Origin: Hyphochytrium catenoides
Lineage: Eukaryota > Protista > Hyphochytriomycota
DNA length: 64,000 bases
Assembly: GCA_900088475.1 (NCBI GenBank)
Contig: FLMG01002090.1
Location: 3,427 to 67,426 of the forward strand
Direction: 5' to 3'
The notes under the pieces were generated by a model, which worked only from the letters and a program-made list of their open reading frames with translations, was not told where the DNA came from and ran no database searches. The position numbers and the translations under genes are program-made. Positions 23,643 to 36,260 of this stretch are shown one piece after another; position 1 is the first letter of the stretch; every line of letters starts with the position of its first letter.

Positions 23643-24820
23643 CTTGTCCTAACTATCCTGTACGTTCTTCCACCTCCGAAGTTAGATCAATGCCTTTGTC
23701 CTTCCTTGAGAGGCACACACAATGAATTGGCGGGATGCCACACACGTGACGCTCCTCTTACAGCTTTTAATGGTCGTCCTTACACCTAAGTCAGGCCTCA
23801 AATCGTCTACACCTCTACCAGGATCTGGGCAATCGTTATGAATCTCAGTCCGTGGCCTGTGACTCTCGATCTCTGCCTCTAACAGAACCCAGAAGGTCGG
23901 AAGGTGAAGCTCTGTGCGGCCCAATGACCAGCAATAAAACAGAGATCAACGATACAGAACGAGAACGCAAGAAACTCCGATATTTCTGTATCATCAGGTG
24001 ATGCCTTTGTTCGCAGGACAATAGCTCTTATTGCGGAGTGCGAGCACGTTAGGAAATTGCGTTTTGTGGGCCAATATCATGAGAATTGGTAATAGCCTTG
24101 ATGAGAGGCTGTGGGTAAATCCAATATGGAGTCTCTGATCTCTGATCATTTGATGTGAAGCTCTCACGCAGCTTGCGTCGCCTTGGATGATGAAGATCAG
24201 ATTGACACTCCGTTCTCTGCGGAAAGTTCAGAGCTTCAGAAGGAAAGGATAGTCACTCGTGTCAGGCATGATCATGTCTGACTACTTTCTGCAGAGACTC
24301 ATGGTACAGGGCTAGGGCAAGAATGTCAGAGCTTCTGAATTTAGTTGGACAAGGATGTACGAAGGCATGCCTCTGCTGGCCATGGTCGGGAAAGAAGAGT
24401 CAGCAGAGACATGTAAAGTATTAGTTCAGTGCTAAGGGGTGACGCTGAGGCCGATAAACCTCAGAATTTAACTCTTTAAATGGAGGTGAGCCGTTATGAT
24501 GATTGAGGCAGTACCTAGCGCAGGCCACAGCGGCGAAGGAGCTAACCCCTATACGGGACCCCGCCATCCAGGTTTTCTACTTCTGCCCTATCGATTTCAC
24601 CTTCCATCTCGCGCCCTCAATAGAGTCGTTCAGGAGGACAAAATAAACACTAATTGCCTCAATCAGTTGCCCAATATTAGCACCTATAGTCCTTCCCCTG
24701 ATTAGCTCGATTTCTGGAGAGTGTTAACAGAAAGGTTCCGGATTCAGAGAAGGGAAGATGGCCAGAAGATTGAGAAGCATCTACTCGGGAGACAACAAGG
24801 AGAGGCAAAGAGAAATGACT

Positions 24821-26659
24821 CTATCCTACTCTTTTCCTATTCGCAGTGCTCTTGCTCTGGGGAGACTGTTTCTTCTTGTCCGATGCAGAGCCTGCTTTCC
24901 TTAGCATTCCTTCACTGTGCACTCCACCCATAGACTTTTGTCTCTGTCTGGACTGCAGAAGCTTAGCTCCTTTGTTCTCGACTCTCTCTATCCTCTTCCT
25001 TCTAGCTGCTGCCTTCTGGGTTTCAGCTTTTCTCGCTGCTCTGGCTGCTCTCATTCTTTCCAGGTTAGAGCTGAGCCTCTTCCTTCTTTGTGCCTCGGTC
25101 TCCTGCTCTCTCAAGGCTTTCTGCCGAGCTCTTCCCTTTGCAAGCCTTGCTGCTCTTTCTTCGGGGGTCTCTAGCCTTCTTCGTTCTCTCTGTCTTGCCG
25201 CTTCTCTTGCTAGCCGTGTCTTCCTCTTCTCCTGTCTCTCACTTGCGGTCAAAGCCTTCTCGTCTTGCTTTGTGACTTCTTTTGGTACGTGTGTCCCCTC
25301 GTTCACCTGGTGGCAATCTGAAAGTCCGTCAGTCAATGTTTGTTTGTCTGGGTTAGGGGCTTGTTCCGCTTGCTGCAACACTGCTTTTGTCAGTCTCTCT
25401 GTACTCGCGCTCTTGATTGTCAGGCTCTCAGCCTTAGTCGTTGAACTCTTCTCACTTCTCAATCTGCGCTGCAGCCATTCTTTCCTTTCTTCTTCGCTTA
25501 ATTCCGCAAACCGCACCCGCCTCTTCCTCTCTCTGTCTGCTTGTCGGCGCTTCTCTCTCTCTTCTTCTGTTTCTCTTGCTCTTCGTCTTCTCGCTGCTTC
25601 TGCTGCTTTGGCTCGTCTCCAGAGGAATGGATCAGGATCGTCTGTCTCGGGAGTTATCTGGGTGTGGGTGGGCTGAGAAAGAGCTAGAGAGCTTTGTCCT
25701 CTGCCTTTCCCTTCACTACGCTCTCCTCTGTCTAACAGCTCTGTTTCGGCGGTGGAGATCTCATCTCTGGGCCTCTTCTTTCCTATTCTTGTCTTGACGC
25801 TTCGTCTTCGCTCGTCCTGCTTTTCGCTATTGGCAAGATTAACTCCTGAAGGCAGCCTGCCTCTCTTTCTCCTTTTCTCAAAAGGACGATCATCTTTCAG
25901 CGGCTCCTCGTTCTCTAGCGACGGCAAGCGCTTTGCTTGCTTCCTCTCACGGTCCAACTCCCTAATTCTTGCCTTCTGCTCTTCAGTCCGACGAGCCCTG
26001 CGTCTTCTCTGTCTCTCTCTGTCTTGTTCTCTTTTCCTCAAGAGGCGATTTGCCACAGAAGTAGTATCTCCTGCTGGACGTGCTCTATCTTCTTCTGTCA
26101 CCTTCCTCACTATCAATTGTTCTTTGTTCGTCCTCCTTCCTCCAGCTTGAGCTTCGAGCTCAGTGCTATTGTCCATATCCGTGCGGTCGTTCTGGGAGCC
26201 CTTCCTTTCTCTGCCAGCTGTTTCTCGTCGATCTCTAGGCTCGTGCGCTCCTTGCCTCCTCTTTTTATCATCTGGCCGTGAAGCTTTGATATCCTTCTTT
26301 TCTCTATCCTCCCTCGGTGAGTGGGTGGTTTGCTCTTCCGTCCTGGTGCTTCTATAGCCTCTTTGCCTTTTGGTGCTTCCCTTTCGGAGCAACGGAACTT
26401 CATATGGCTCATCTTCCATCTCTCGCTTCTCTTCCTCTGCCAAAGCCCCAGCGAGCTCAAGTTTTTCTTCAGGCTTTCGTTTCCTCTCCTTTCGAGCCTC
26501 TGTCTCAGGAGAGTGGCCCGTCTTGCCCCTTCTTCCCATCTTGTCCTTAATCTTTCTTCTGCTCATCTTCTCATCGATATGCTTTCTCCAATCAATCCCA
26601 GCCCCTACCTGCGATCTCTTTCCTTTGACAGCCCCACCTTCCGCGCTGTCCCTCTTCAT
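24821..26659 (-). CDS. Intronless 612-aa Arg/Lys/Glu-rich protein with STPR-type 23-residue repeats (putative nuclear DNA-binding protein)
   Basis: ATG at 26659. Three contiguous 23-aa units at 25034-25240: ERQEKRKTRLAREAARQRERRRL / ETPEERAARLAKGRARQKALREQ / ETEAQRRKRLSSNLERMRAARAA. Further degenerate units lie upstream (ETEEEREKRRQADRERKRR; RTEEQKARIRELDRERKQ). Confidence 0.75.
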   Translation of the reverse strand: MKRDSAEGGAVKGKRSQVGAGIDWRKHIDEKMSRRKIKDKMGRRGKTGHSPETEARKERKRKPEEKLELAGALAEEEKREMEDEPYEVPLLRKGSTKRQRGYRSTRTEEQTTHSPREDREKKDIKASRPDDKKRRQGAHEPRDRRETAGRERKGSQNDRTDMDNSTELEAQAGGRRTNKEQLIVRKVTEEDRARPAGDTTSVANRLLRKREQDRERQRRRRARRTEEQKARIRELDRERKQAKRLPSLENEEPLKDDRPFEKRRKRGRLPSGVNLANSEKQDERRRSVKTRIGKKRPRDEISTAETELLDRGERSEGKGRGQSSLALSQPTHTQITPETDDPDPFLWRRAKAAEAARRRRARETEEEREKRRQADRERKRRVRFAELSEEERKEWLQRRLRSEKSSTTKAESLTIKSASTERLTKAVLQQAEQAPNPDKQTLTDGLSDCHQVNEGTHVPKEVTKQDEKALTASERQEKRKTRLAREAARQRERRRLETPEERAARLAKGRARQKALREQETEAQRRKRLSSNLERMRAARAARKAETQKAAARRKRIERVENKGAKLLQSRQRQKSMGGVHSEGMLRKAGSASDKKKQSPQSKSTANRKRVG

Positions 26660-27340
26660 CTACTTTCTGATGGCGCAAGAAGACGTAGACTAGAACAGCG
26701 AGCAGCTGAGGTTGGCTAGATAACAGAAAGGCCGCTTCCTCGTTATTGGGGAGAAATCTTCGATAGGCAAGCTTCACAAATAATAAGAAGGTGTTGCCCT
26801 ACCAAAACGCAATAAATAGCCGCTAACGCTGACTCATGAAGGAAATGGACCGTGAAGCTCCAGGCTCTTATCGGTAATGATGATGAACATGAGACCGTTG
26901 CCCGCTGCCCTTCCGTGGATCTCTGTCACTGTTGCCTCTCGCTGGCTCCTGCTCGAAGGACTCAAAGTGGCTTGATATTCTCTGAAGGACAATGTCACCG
27001 CCAACCTTCCGCACTCGTCCTATATCCTCTGATTAGGTTAGGGAGGGACCTTTCGAAAGAAAACGCCGCTGTCAATAAAGACGAAGAAAAGAAGCGGGAG
27101 ACTCATCATCTTCATCGTCTTTCACTATCCACGTCTTCCTCTCGGTGCCCGGGGTCTCCTGTTACGTGATTTTTTTCCAAATCCTATCGTGAAGGTACAT
27201 TCGATGAGGCGGAGATCTTCCCCTTTGCCATCCACACCGTCCGGAAGTAGAAGAAAGAAGCAGAGAAGAGCTAGCAATCAACCCCACTATCATCGGTACG
27301 ATTACTGGGCTGTCTGAGCCCTGATTATAATGGCAGAAGC

Positions 27341-28270
27341 TCATCTATAGGGGTACTCCGAAGCCAAATTCTGTGCAATCTCTAGCTCCCACTTGTCCCC
27401 GTTGTCCAGAAGCTTCTGCTTGTCATAAAGAAGCTCCTCGTGGGTCTCAGTTGCAAACTCAAAATTAGGTCCTTCCACGATAGCGTCAACAGGGCAAGCC
27501 TCCATACAGAAACCGCAATAGATGCACTTGGTCATATCAATATCATAGCGAGTCGTCCTTCTGCTGCCGTCCGCCCTAGGTTCCTATGAACGTTACACGC
27601 AGATGAAATAGCATTGTGAGCGTCGTGAGTCCTAGTGAACATGAGAACTTATGGCTTCGTACAGCTTCAATCTTGATGGCATTGGCTGGGCAGATAACTT
27701 CGCACAGCTTGCACGCAATGCACCTACACATGACGTTAGACATCGTCGTGTATGAATATATGGCAGAGATTTGCTGACCTTTCTTCACCACTGGGATAAC
27801 GTCGTAGGGCATGTTCACCTCTGAATCGAGGGCTCAGCTGACCCTTTTCAAAAGGGTAGTTGATCGTCACACGTCTGCTAAAGAAGACCTCCCCAGTAAG
27901 CCACAATCCTCGGACGAGCTCCGTCATGAAGAAAAGCTGAGAGGTTCTGTCGAGTACTGTCGAAAGACGTAAGCATATATAGTGAAACCAGCCGTCATCA
28001 GACACTACGCTACTCACATTCGGCCCATGTGGTCTTTCCCGGAACATTGATCTGGTTCTTGGGGTCAACGATCTTTATTTCCTCCTTCGGCTTGTCATCC
28101 AACTTCATGACTGAACAGAAGACTCATTAGGTGACCCTTAGAACCTCTATACAGAGCCCAATTTCTATATACTCACGGCTTAGGGAACGTGTACCCACTG
28201 CCTGCTTTATGGCTGGCGCAAACCGAGCCTTGGTGAGAGCTCGTCTCGCTGCCATATTAGCCAGAGCCAT
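27341..28270 (-). CDS. NDUFS8: NADH:ubiquinone oxidoreductase 23-kDa 2x[4Fe-4S] subunit (TYKY/NuoI), nuclear-encoded with a mitochondrial presequence
   Basis: Exons 28270-28177, 28110-28018, 27956-27779, 27723-27663 and 27583-27341 (222 aa). Motifs [41 protein letters not shown] and [26 protein letters not shown]. Arg/Ala-rich N-terminus. Confidence 0.97.
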
Positions 28271-30350
28271 GTTCCTGCCAACCTAATAAGAGGCCTCCAC
28301 TGCAGAGACGTGACTCTCCCTGCTCCTCAATAACCTCAAGGAAGAGATAAAAGCTGAAGCAAACCGACCCTTCAGCAGCAGCGAAACATCAAAATTAGGA
28401 GAAAGTGCTCACATCTCCTTCCGTCAGGCCACTGCGCCTTGTTATCACATGCAGAGCTCTTCTCTTTGTTTGTGGAAGCTCCTTCGCGGCGCCACATGAC
28501 CAAGTGACTGCCGCAGACTTTTTTCCTAGAGGCCGTTTTGGTCCTTTGTCCTTCAACCGCTGGTCGCCAACCCACGGACTTCTGCAAGCGCCCTTCGTCG
28601 TATCGTTAAATTAAAGTTTCTCCTACCGGTAACCGCTATATCGCCGTCTTGCTTACAGTACAATACGAAGAAAGTCCCATCCATCTCAACATTGAATCTA
28701 TTGCCGATTTCATCATCTTCATCTTGAACTCTTGCTGTTCCTGCGGATTGACATCCTACAGCCGGTGGCTTGGGATTGGCCGGTGGAAGCAAGCAGTCAC
28801 TTTCTGCAGCTTTGAGACGGAGGCTTATTTACTGTTTCGAACCATTCGAGCCATTCATCATTCAATCTCAGTACATTCCTGACGTGAGCGAAGAGACACG
28901 AACGGTGCCGTGCTGACGACTAATAAGAATCCTTCCGGAGGAGAAAGAAGAGGTGTTCTTCCTTCACTACGATACGACGACAGAAGAAGAAGCAGCAGTC
29001 TATCGTCTTCGTGATAATGTACTATTAATAGGAAGTGGCTGGCCATCGTCATGGCAAATAACAATAGTACTCAGCTAATCATCAGCTTCATCAGCTCCCC
29101 GCTGCTGCTTCAATTTCCCGCATTCATCAGCTCGCTCCTCCCTCCCAGCTGCTTGGTGGTTATTATTAGTTCTCCTTTTTGCTGCCCTGCTGCCTCGTAG
29201 AAACAACGCATCCATAATCACCAGCATCTGCATAATAATGTTCTTCTTGCATGTTCTTCTTGCTCATAATGACCTCGTTCAGGCCAATAACCAAACTAAA
29301 TTCACTACTGGCAGCAGCAGCAGCAGCAGCACTCATTCACAGGTTCAACCACTCTAAAAGCTAGGGGCAGGAGTGGTTATTTCTTCCCGTTTGTTGATGA
29401 TGAGTTTGTATGCTGGGAAGCAGCATTGAATGAAGAAGGTCCAGCAACCTTCTTGAATATTCCTTCTCGTCGTCGCAAGGAGGGCTTCTTCCTTGATTGT
29501 GTTAACCGCCGGCTTTCGGCTTTCAACGGACTTATTTCCCTTGTGTAGAGGGCTTGTTGCGTGGTGTTGTTATTACCGTTCATTGATACCAAGGGTTGAC
29601 CATCGAATTGTCGTCGTTTTGCCTTTGACAACCGCCCATCATACCAAGCAAAAAAAAATAACAAATCCCAAGGGAATGGTAATGAGACGCTGCAATAATA
29701 GAGAATGCAGAAAAAGAGAAAAAAGTGAAGAGCTTTATTTTTATTTTTCCCCGAAAGAAGCAAGAAGAAGCTCTCTATTGAAAATCTCTTTTCGACAAAA
29801 TCTCGGTACCATAATAACAAGGTTCCACCTGCCGCCGATGGTGGTCGTGCAGTAGAGCAAGCAGCAGACAGAGACAATTGAAAAAACCGTAGTANNNNNN
29901 NNNNNNNNNNNNNNNNNNNNNNNNNNNNNNNNNNNNNNNNNNNNNCTTGGCTTGTTCCTCTTCTCTAATTACGGGACAGTTTATTTAGATATACGTAGGT
30001 CTCAAATGTAAATTAGAAGGCCTATGGCTATTTATAATAAATCCGGTCCCAGCGGCGAGAAAACGCCTCCCCTACTACTAGAGAACAAACGAGCGATGGC
30101 AGCAGAGAGGATAAGGAAAAAGGCCATTGATTCGAGGCAATCATTTTTCAAATTGCAGAATACAACGGAAGGCCATTCGGAAATACTCTATATTTGTTGA
30201 CGATAATTACGCGCCCTCGGACATCGATCGGCGGCGCCGTGGCGATCAATGACCAAAGGAGCAATAATAATCATAAGTTATTTTGCGGAGGACCGGCGGA
30301 CTGAGTCAGGGGAAACCGCATATTTGTTGCTGTTTGGGCTGCGACCATCA

Positions 30351-33300
30351 TCAATTTTGCGGCGGCTGCAGCAGCGAGGCGATTCTGGCGAGCAGTTCCT
30401 CTCGTTTGTAGGGTTTAGTGGCATAGCTCGTCATGCCGGCATTAAGCGCTTCCTGTACGTGCTCTTCTCTTGCATTGCCAGATAGGCCAATCACCGGTAC
30501 AGACGGCATACCAAATGCTTGCTCCCATTTTCTTATCTCTTGAACCGCCTCTATACCTGTCAGCACGGGCACTGAAGAAGAAAACGGAGTCCAATTAACA
30601 CACTGAACCAACAAGGCATAGGCATAGATACACTGATAACAAAGAACAAAGTGGGTGGCAGAAGAAGGATCATCAGCACAGAACAGAAACAACATTGCGG
30701 AGAACAAAGTCAATTGCAGGTGTAGAAGAACTCCAACCCGCATAATTAGAAAGAGTCCCCAGGAGGAGAAGAAACAGTCGGGGCTTGCAATAAGACAGAT
30801 CACGTCCTCAGAAGAGCCTAGGCATCATGGCGTCTTACTTTCTACATCCAAGAGGACGATGTCCAAACGAGACTCTGGATAGGGTTGGCTCTTTTGAACA
30901 ATTTGCACAGCCTCCAGTCCGTTGTCAGCAACTGCAGTGCGCATTCCAACTGCCTTCAGCTGTTTGTCTAGAATCTTTTGGTTCAGGACGTTATCGTCTA
31001 CAATGAGTACGCGCCTTCCCGGAAGGATTGAGAGATCTTCGTCCGAGAGCCGCTGCCTTGCCATTTTAGCAATGCCCCAGTTTTTAGAAGCAGCGAAGGA
31101 GGAGGGTGGGGACAAAGAAGACGAAGAGGTAGTAGTGGCACAGAGCCTACAGGCAGCGGTAAACGTGAATGAGGTCTCTTGACCCATCTGGCTCTTGACT
31201 TGAATTGAACCGCCAAGCCTCTCAACCAGGATTCTGCTTATAAAGAGACCCATACCTGGCAGACAGCATAGAGGAAGAGAAAAGAGGAAAGATCTGATCG
31301 TTAACAAAGATCGTCTGCGGAAGAGCGAGAATTGGGTCACTAAAGTGTTGGAGCAACAGCACTGATCAAGGAGAACTTGCTGGACGGAAGCACCAATAGA
31401 CAGAGCTGGAAAAGTACACTCGGCTGAAGGCAACGACGAAGGGAGAGATCCAGGACATGGACGCACTAAGGAACCGAACATTTACGCATGCGAAAAAGAA
31501 GGTAAAAAGTTCCTTTTGATAACTCGGCCGCTATGCTTAAGACGATGGCAAGTAAAATCTCATTCATCAATTGCAGAAGGGCTACTTCGGTACCTGAGCC
31601 ACCATACTCCTTGTAAGTCTTAATGTTGGCTTGGGAGAACGGACGGAAGAGACCAGCCTGTTCCTCCTGTGTCATACCTATACCAGTGTCTGTGACTGTG
31701 TACCGGAGCATTCTGACATGGCCTTTATCTCCATTTGCTTCTTCTGCCGTCCGCTGGTCCACAGGGTCCGCTGATAGCGAGACTGTGAGCCGCTTCTCCG
31801 TCACCTTCGCCATGAACTTCAGTGCGTTAGAGATCAAGTTGATCAGCACTTGGCTAATACGCTTCGAGTCTCCCAGGACTGCCCTTGGAAGCAGCGACAC
31901 TTCCTCTTCAGAGGGCATGCAAAGAGACAGCTGGACTCCTTCCTCCTCCAATCTGACCTCGAACATCTTTATAACGTCTTTAAGCATCATCCTAGGTTCA
32001 AATGGCTCGTCTAGAAGAGTGAACTGGGTACTCTGCAATCGAGAGAGCTCAAGCACATCATCTGCTATTAGGCGTTGGTGGTTGGCGCAGAGCTCTATGG
32101 CTCTGATGAGCTCCATATCCTTCACCAGCTGTGAAAATGTCTTAACTTCCTCCCCATGATCGTGCCACGTGAGGATAGCCGGATCTTTGAGCTTTTTGTC
32201 TACAGCCTGCAAACGTTGCTTCAGCAGATCGGCAATGTTCAGTATGTTGCTAATGGGATTCCGGATCTCATGTGAGATGACGTCCACGTAGGTTTGCAAT
32301 CTATTTCTATTCTCCTCTGCCTCCTCCGCTCTTTTTCGTTGTTCCACTTCTGTCCTCCTGATGGCTTCGATGTTCTCCTGCTCAAGTGTCCTAATCCTAG
32401 TGATGTCCGTCGATACGCCAAAGAAGCCCGTGAATGTCCCATTCTTATAGGTCGGGATTTGTCTGGCGTAGATATGGGCGATCGAGCCGTCCGGATAAAC
32501 GAGACGGACCTCATTTTCCGCCTTCTCTCTGGTGGCCAGCGCCCAATTGAAGATGGTTCTGTTTCTAGCCCGGTCGTCTGGATGAAGGATCGGCTCCCAA
32601 GCGTTGAGATCTGCTTCCTCCCCTTCCTCTTTTTCCTTCGCTTTCATCCCAAACAGAGATTTCCAGCAGTCATTCGCGTATGTTATATTACCTTCCGGAT
32701 CCAAGATGTAAATTGCTGCCGGGACATTCTCCGCAAGCTCGCGATATCTCCGCTCGCTCTCCTGCAGTTCTTTAGTTTGGTCCAGCACCTGTTCTTCAAG
32801 CTTCTTCCTCGTTACTGCGATCGAAAGATGGAACTCTACACGCGACAGCAGCTCTTTCTTGGAGAAGGGCTTGACAAGATAGTCCTCGGCGCCTTCTTGC
32901 AGGCCGTTCAGTCTTGCTTCTTCTCCCGCTCTGGCAGACAGAAGAATGACTGGCATGTGTCGCGTCGTTTTTCCATTGATTCCCTGCCTCAACCTTTGAA
33001 GGAGTTCAATTCCATCCATGTGCGGCATCATAATGTCCGAAACAATAAGGTCGGGCAAGATGTTACTTTCATCCTCTAGATACTGGTGGGCTTCTAAACC
33101 GTTGGTCTTCAGTATCACCTGGTACCCGTCAGAGACAAGTGCCGACATGATATAGCTCCGCATGTCCGCATTGTCATCCGCAAGTAGGATCAAGCCTCTG
33201 GTCCTAGAAGAGTGGGGTGACACAGGTTTCACGCCCTTTCCGTCCTCTGCGCTAAGACTCGCCCCAAATATCCTAGGACTAGCTTTTTTCGGGGAAGGAG

Positions 33301-36260
33301 AAGAAGATGAAGTTAAAGAGTAACTCTGTTGTTCACCCTTTGGGTCGCCGGTCTTGGCTGAGAGAGCGGAATTAGTATTGGGTAACCACCGTAGTGCCTC
33401 CTCCACATAGGCCTGACGTTGGAGAGACGAGTCCTCCATATGCTTCTGCAAGAGGCTGCTGGGGGGATAGGAAGAAGACAGAGGCTGCGAAGAGGGTGCA
33501 GTGGGAGATGCCTTCCGGACAGGTATCCGCACGATAAAGGTCGTTCCTTTCCCCAAAGTAGAATCTACTTCTATGGTCCCCGAAAGAAGCTTCACCAGCT
33601 CTTTTACCATGGGACAACCTATCCCAGAGCCCTCAATACTTCGTCCATGTGCACCTTCCACCCGATGGAACCTCTCAAAAAGACGAGGAAGCTCCTCTTC
33701 AGAAATGCCAATCCCGGTGTCTGACACTGTAAGTACAGCCCAATCTCCCTCATACATTGCTTCATTACCATTGTACTGCTCTCCATTTGCCGCTGTCTCT
33801 TTTCCAAGTCTGACCTCTACCTTGCCTGCTAGGGTATATTTGAAGGCGTTCGACACGAGATTCAAGATAATCTTCTCCCACATATCCTGGTCCACAAAAA
33901 CTTCTTCCTCGCCGGGAAAGCCCGTTACGTCTACCAGAAAACCTATGCCCGCATCCTGAAATGCAGATTGGAACATGCTCGCTATGTTCTTCGTTACGGA
34001 AGGCAAATCGGTGGGTATAAAGTTAGCCTTTTGTCGATCGGCCTCAATTCGAGAGAACTCTAAAAGTGAGTTCACTAGCTTCAGGAGGCGCAGAGAGTTG
34101 GTGTACGCCATCTCAAGCTTGTCTGAAGCTTCTGGCGGCAGGATACCGCCAGTACTATCAAGCACATCTCGAATATTGGCCAGACCTGTTCCACATGACG
34201 GTGGTGAAATAAAAGAGAGATTGCAGCAGGACCACGGGGGAACAGACGATTGCGTGTAAGGCCCAGCAGGAATAAACAGGAAGAATCGATCGATGTCTAT
34301 AAGCGGACGCAGGACTTAGAGGCACAAGAAGAGATATATGCAACAGCCCAACACGAGGAAAGGGTCAGGAATACAGTTCAACAGCCAACACGCCCACCCC
34401 TGGTCAAACTACTTTGGCTTCAAGATATTGAAAAGAGAAGAGAGTACTCCTTACCGAGATGAATGGGGGTCCTGAACTCGTGGGAGACTGTGGTGCAGAG
34501 ACAGAGGAGGGCGTAATATAAGAGGAAACGACCATAGCAAGGCGCAACCAGTAGAGGAGCGGAAACGAAACCGGACGTCTAGGACACTGCCTCACACACA
34601 GAAAGATACATAGAGATAGAGAACAGGTAAACACGTGAAGAGGGTCCAAAAGACATCTGAGAAGAGTGTCAGTAGCTTGGTGCTATTACTAGTTCCATGT
34701 GCTCTCTCTCCCCATCTTTTTTGCTTTTCTTCCATCACTTACTGTTTTGAAAAAAAGTGGTCTTTGCTCGATCAATCTCAGCCAAAGCCTCTGCCCTCAG
34801 CTTCTCTTCCTCAAAGGCTCTCGCTGAGGCGATGGAGGTCGCGAGCTGCCGCGCAACCAGATCAATGAAGCCTTGGTAGTCTTCGTCGCGTCTTTTTTCT
34901 GCGTTTAAGCCCAAGACAAGCACGCCCATCGCTCCATCTTCTTCAGAGAGGACGAGAGGCACGGAGACGGCGGAATGGGGAGCCTTCTGGCCCTCTGGAG
35001 GGGTCATTATCGTTGAAGGAAGGTCCGCTATCTCCGTCATCTTCCCAGACTGGATAACCTGCGCTAAACACCACGGGTCCTTGTCCTCGGCTCCTGTCCC
35101 TTCTGGCTCTCTATTTTCCTTTGAGAGTGTTACTCTCTTAGGAGCGAGCTGTGCTTGCAACCCACCGGCTATGCCCTTAAGAATGACGCTATCTCCGCTC
35201 TTCATATAGCAAATGGCGAAAGGAACGTCAGGATTCTGTTCATCGGAGAAGACTCGCATTGCTTTGTCCAAAGCCTCCTCTATTGACCTCACTCCCGCTG
35301 TCCGAGCCGCAAGAAGACGGAGAGTATGCATCCTTCTCTCTGCGAGAACTCTTTTGGTTGTTTCCGAAACAGGAGTGAAAAAGCCGCCAATCTCCCCATT
35401 TTCTACCGGTACTGGACCGTAAGAGAAGGTGAAGTAGCATTCCTCGTCGTAGCCATTCCGTGTGAGAATCATCTTTCTGCAGGGAGCACGAAGATAGACA
35501 ACGTCAGCAACAGATTGAGGACCAAGGCAGGATGAAGGAGTGAAGAAGAGACACCTCATTTACATATAATCAAGACGCTGCCTCTCTTTTTTGTCGCAAG
35601 ATGTCCTCCAATACTCTCTATTCTCAAGTAGTCCTTGGTCTCTTCGACCGCATAACGACTATTCCTAGACTCGTTTCACGAATAGATCCACAGGTACGCC
35701 CTGTCCCATCATCATTGACAGACAAAAAGCCTGGGGATTACTTACTTGTCCTCACTCCAATGCGCTTCTCTCGTCTCTCTGATCTGCTGCAAGACAGGAT
35801 CCATGAAGTCCCAGATCTCAGGGAATATTTCTCTGCACGGCACACCCAAAGCTCGAGGATGTTTCGTCCCTAAGATCAAGGTATACGCATCATTGTAGAA
35901 GCAGCACGCCTCTGGGCCCCACATAAGGATAATGGCGAACTTGGACGAGAGAGTGAGAGCCAGAGAAGTCATCAGGCTCTGGGGCCAGCTATGCATAGGC
36001 CCAAGCAAAGTTTCTTCCCACTTCTTCGCCTGGATCAGGGGAGCCATTATGGTGCTGCTGCCTGCGAAGGTTAGAGCGCTAGGCCCAAGAGACTGCTGCT
36101 GCTGTAGGAAGGAGGAAGACGAACTGGACGAGGAGAAGCCTAGCCCTAACGGTGGTGAAGAGCCAGTCCTTGGCAATAAGGTTGAAGAAGAGAATCCCTC
36201 CTCCAATTCCCTCTTCTCCTCTTTGCCCTGCTGGCCTCTCTCTTCGCTGAGAAGGGCCAT
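30351..36260 (-). CDS. Dual hybrid histidine kinase A: PAS-like - GAF - HisKA - HATPase - REC - PAS - HisKA - HATPase - REC (~1503 aa, no obvious TM segment)
   Basis: Exons 36260-35746, 35476-34743, 34487-34455, 34185-31594, 31255-30839 and 30571-30351, all GT-AG and in phase. H-box 1 SHEFRTP; N-box WEKIILNLVSNAFKYT; G1 DTGIG; REC1 DDNADMR..VSDIMMP..KPF; H-box 2 SHEIRNP; N-box QVLINLISNALKF; G2 GGSGMGL; REC2 DDN..LDVEMP..KPY. Confidence 0.93.

Noticed and set aside
24186-24281. Possible C/D box snoRNA (ATGATGA ... CTGA)
   Set aside because: No terminal stem or recognisable rRNA guide, and the boxes are short enough to occur by chance.
24846-26719. Long hydrophobic plus-strand ORFs
   Set aside because: Antisense shadows of the purine-rich STPR-repeat gene.
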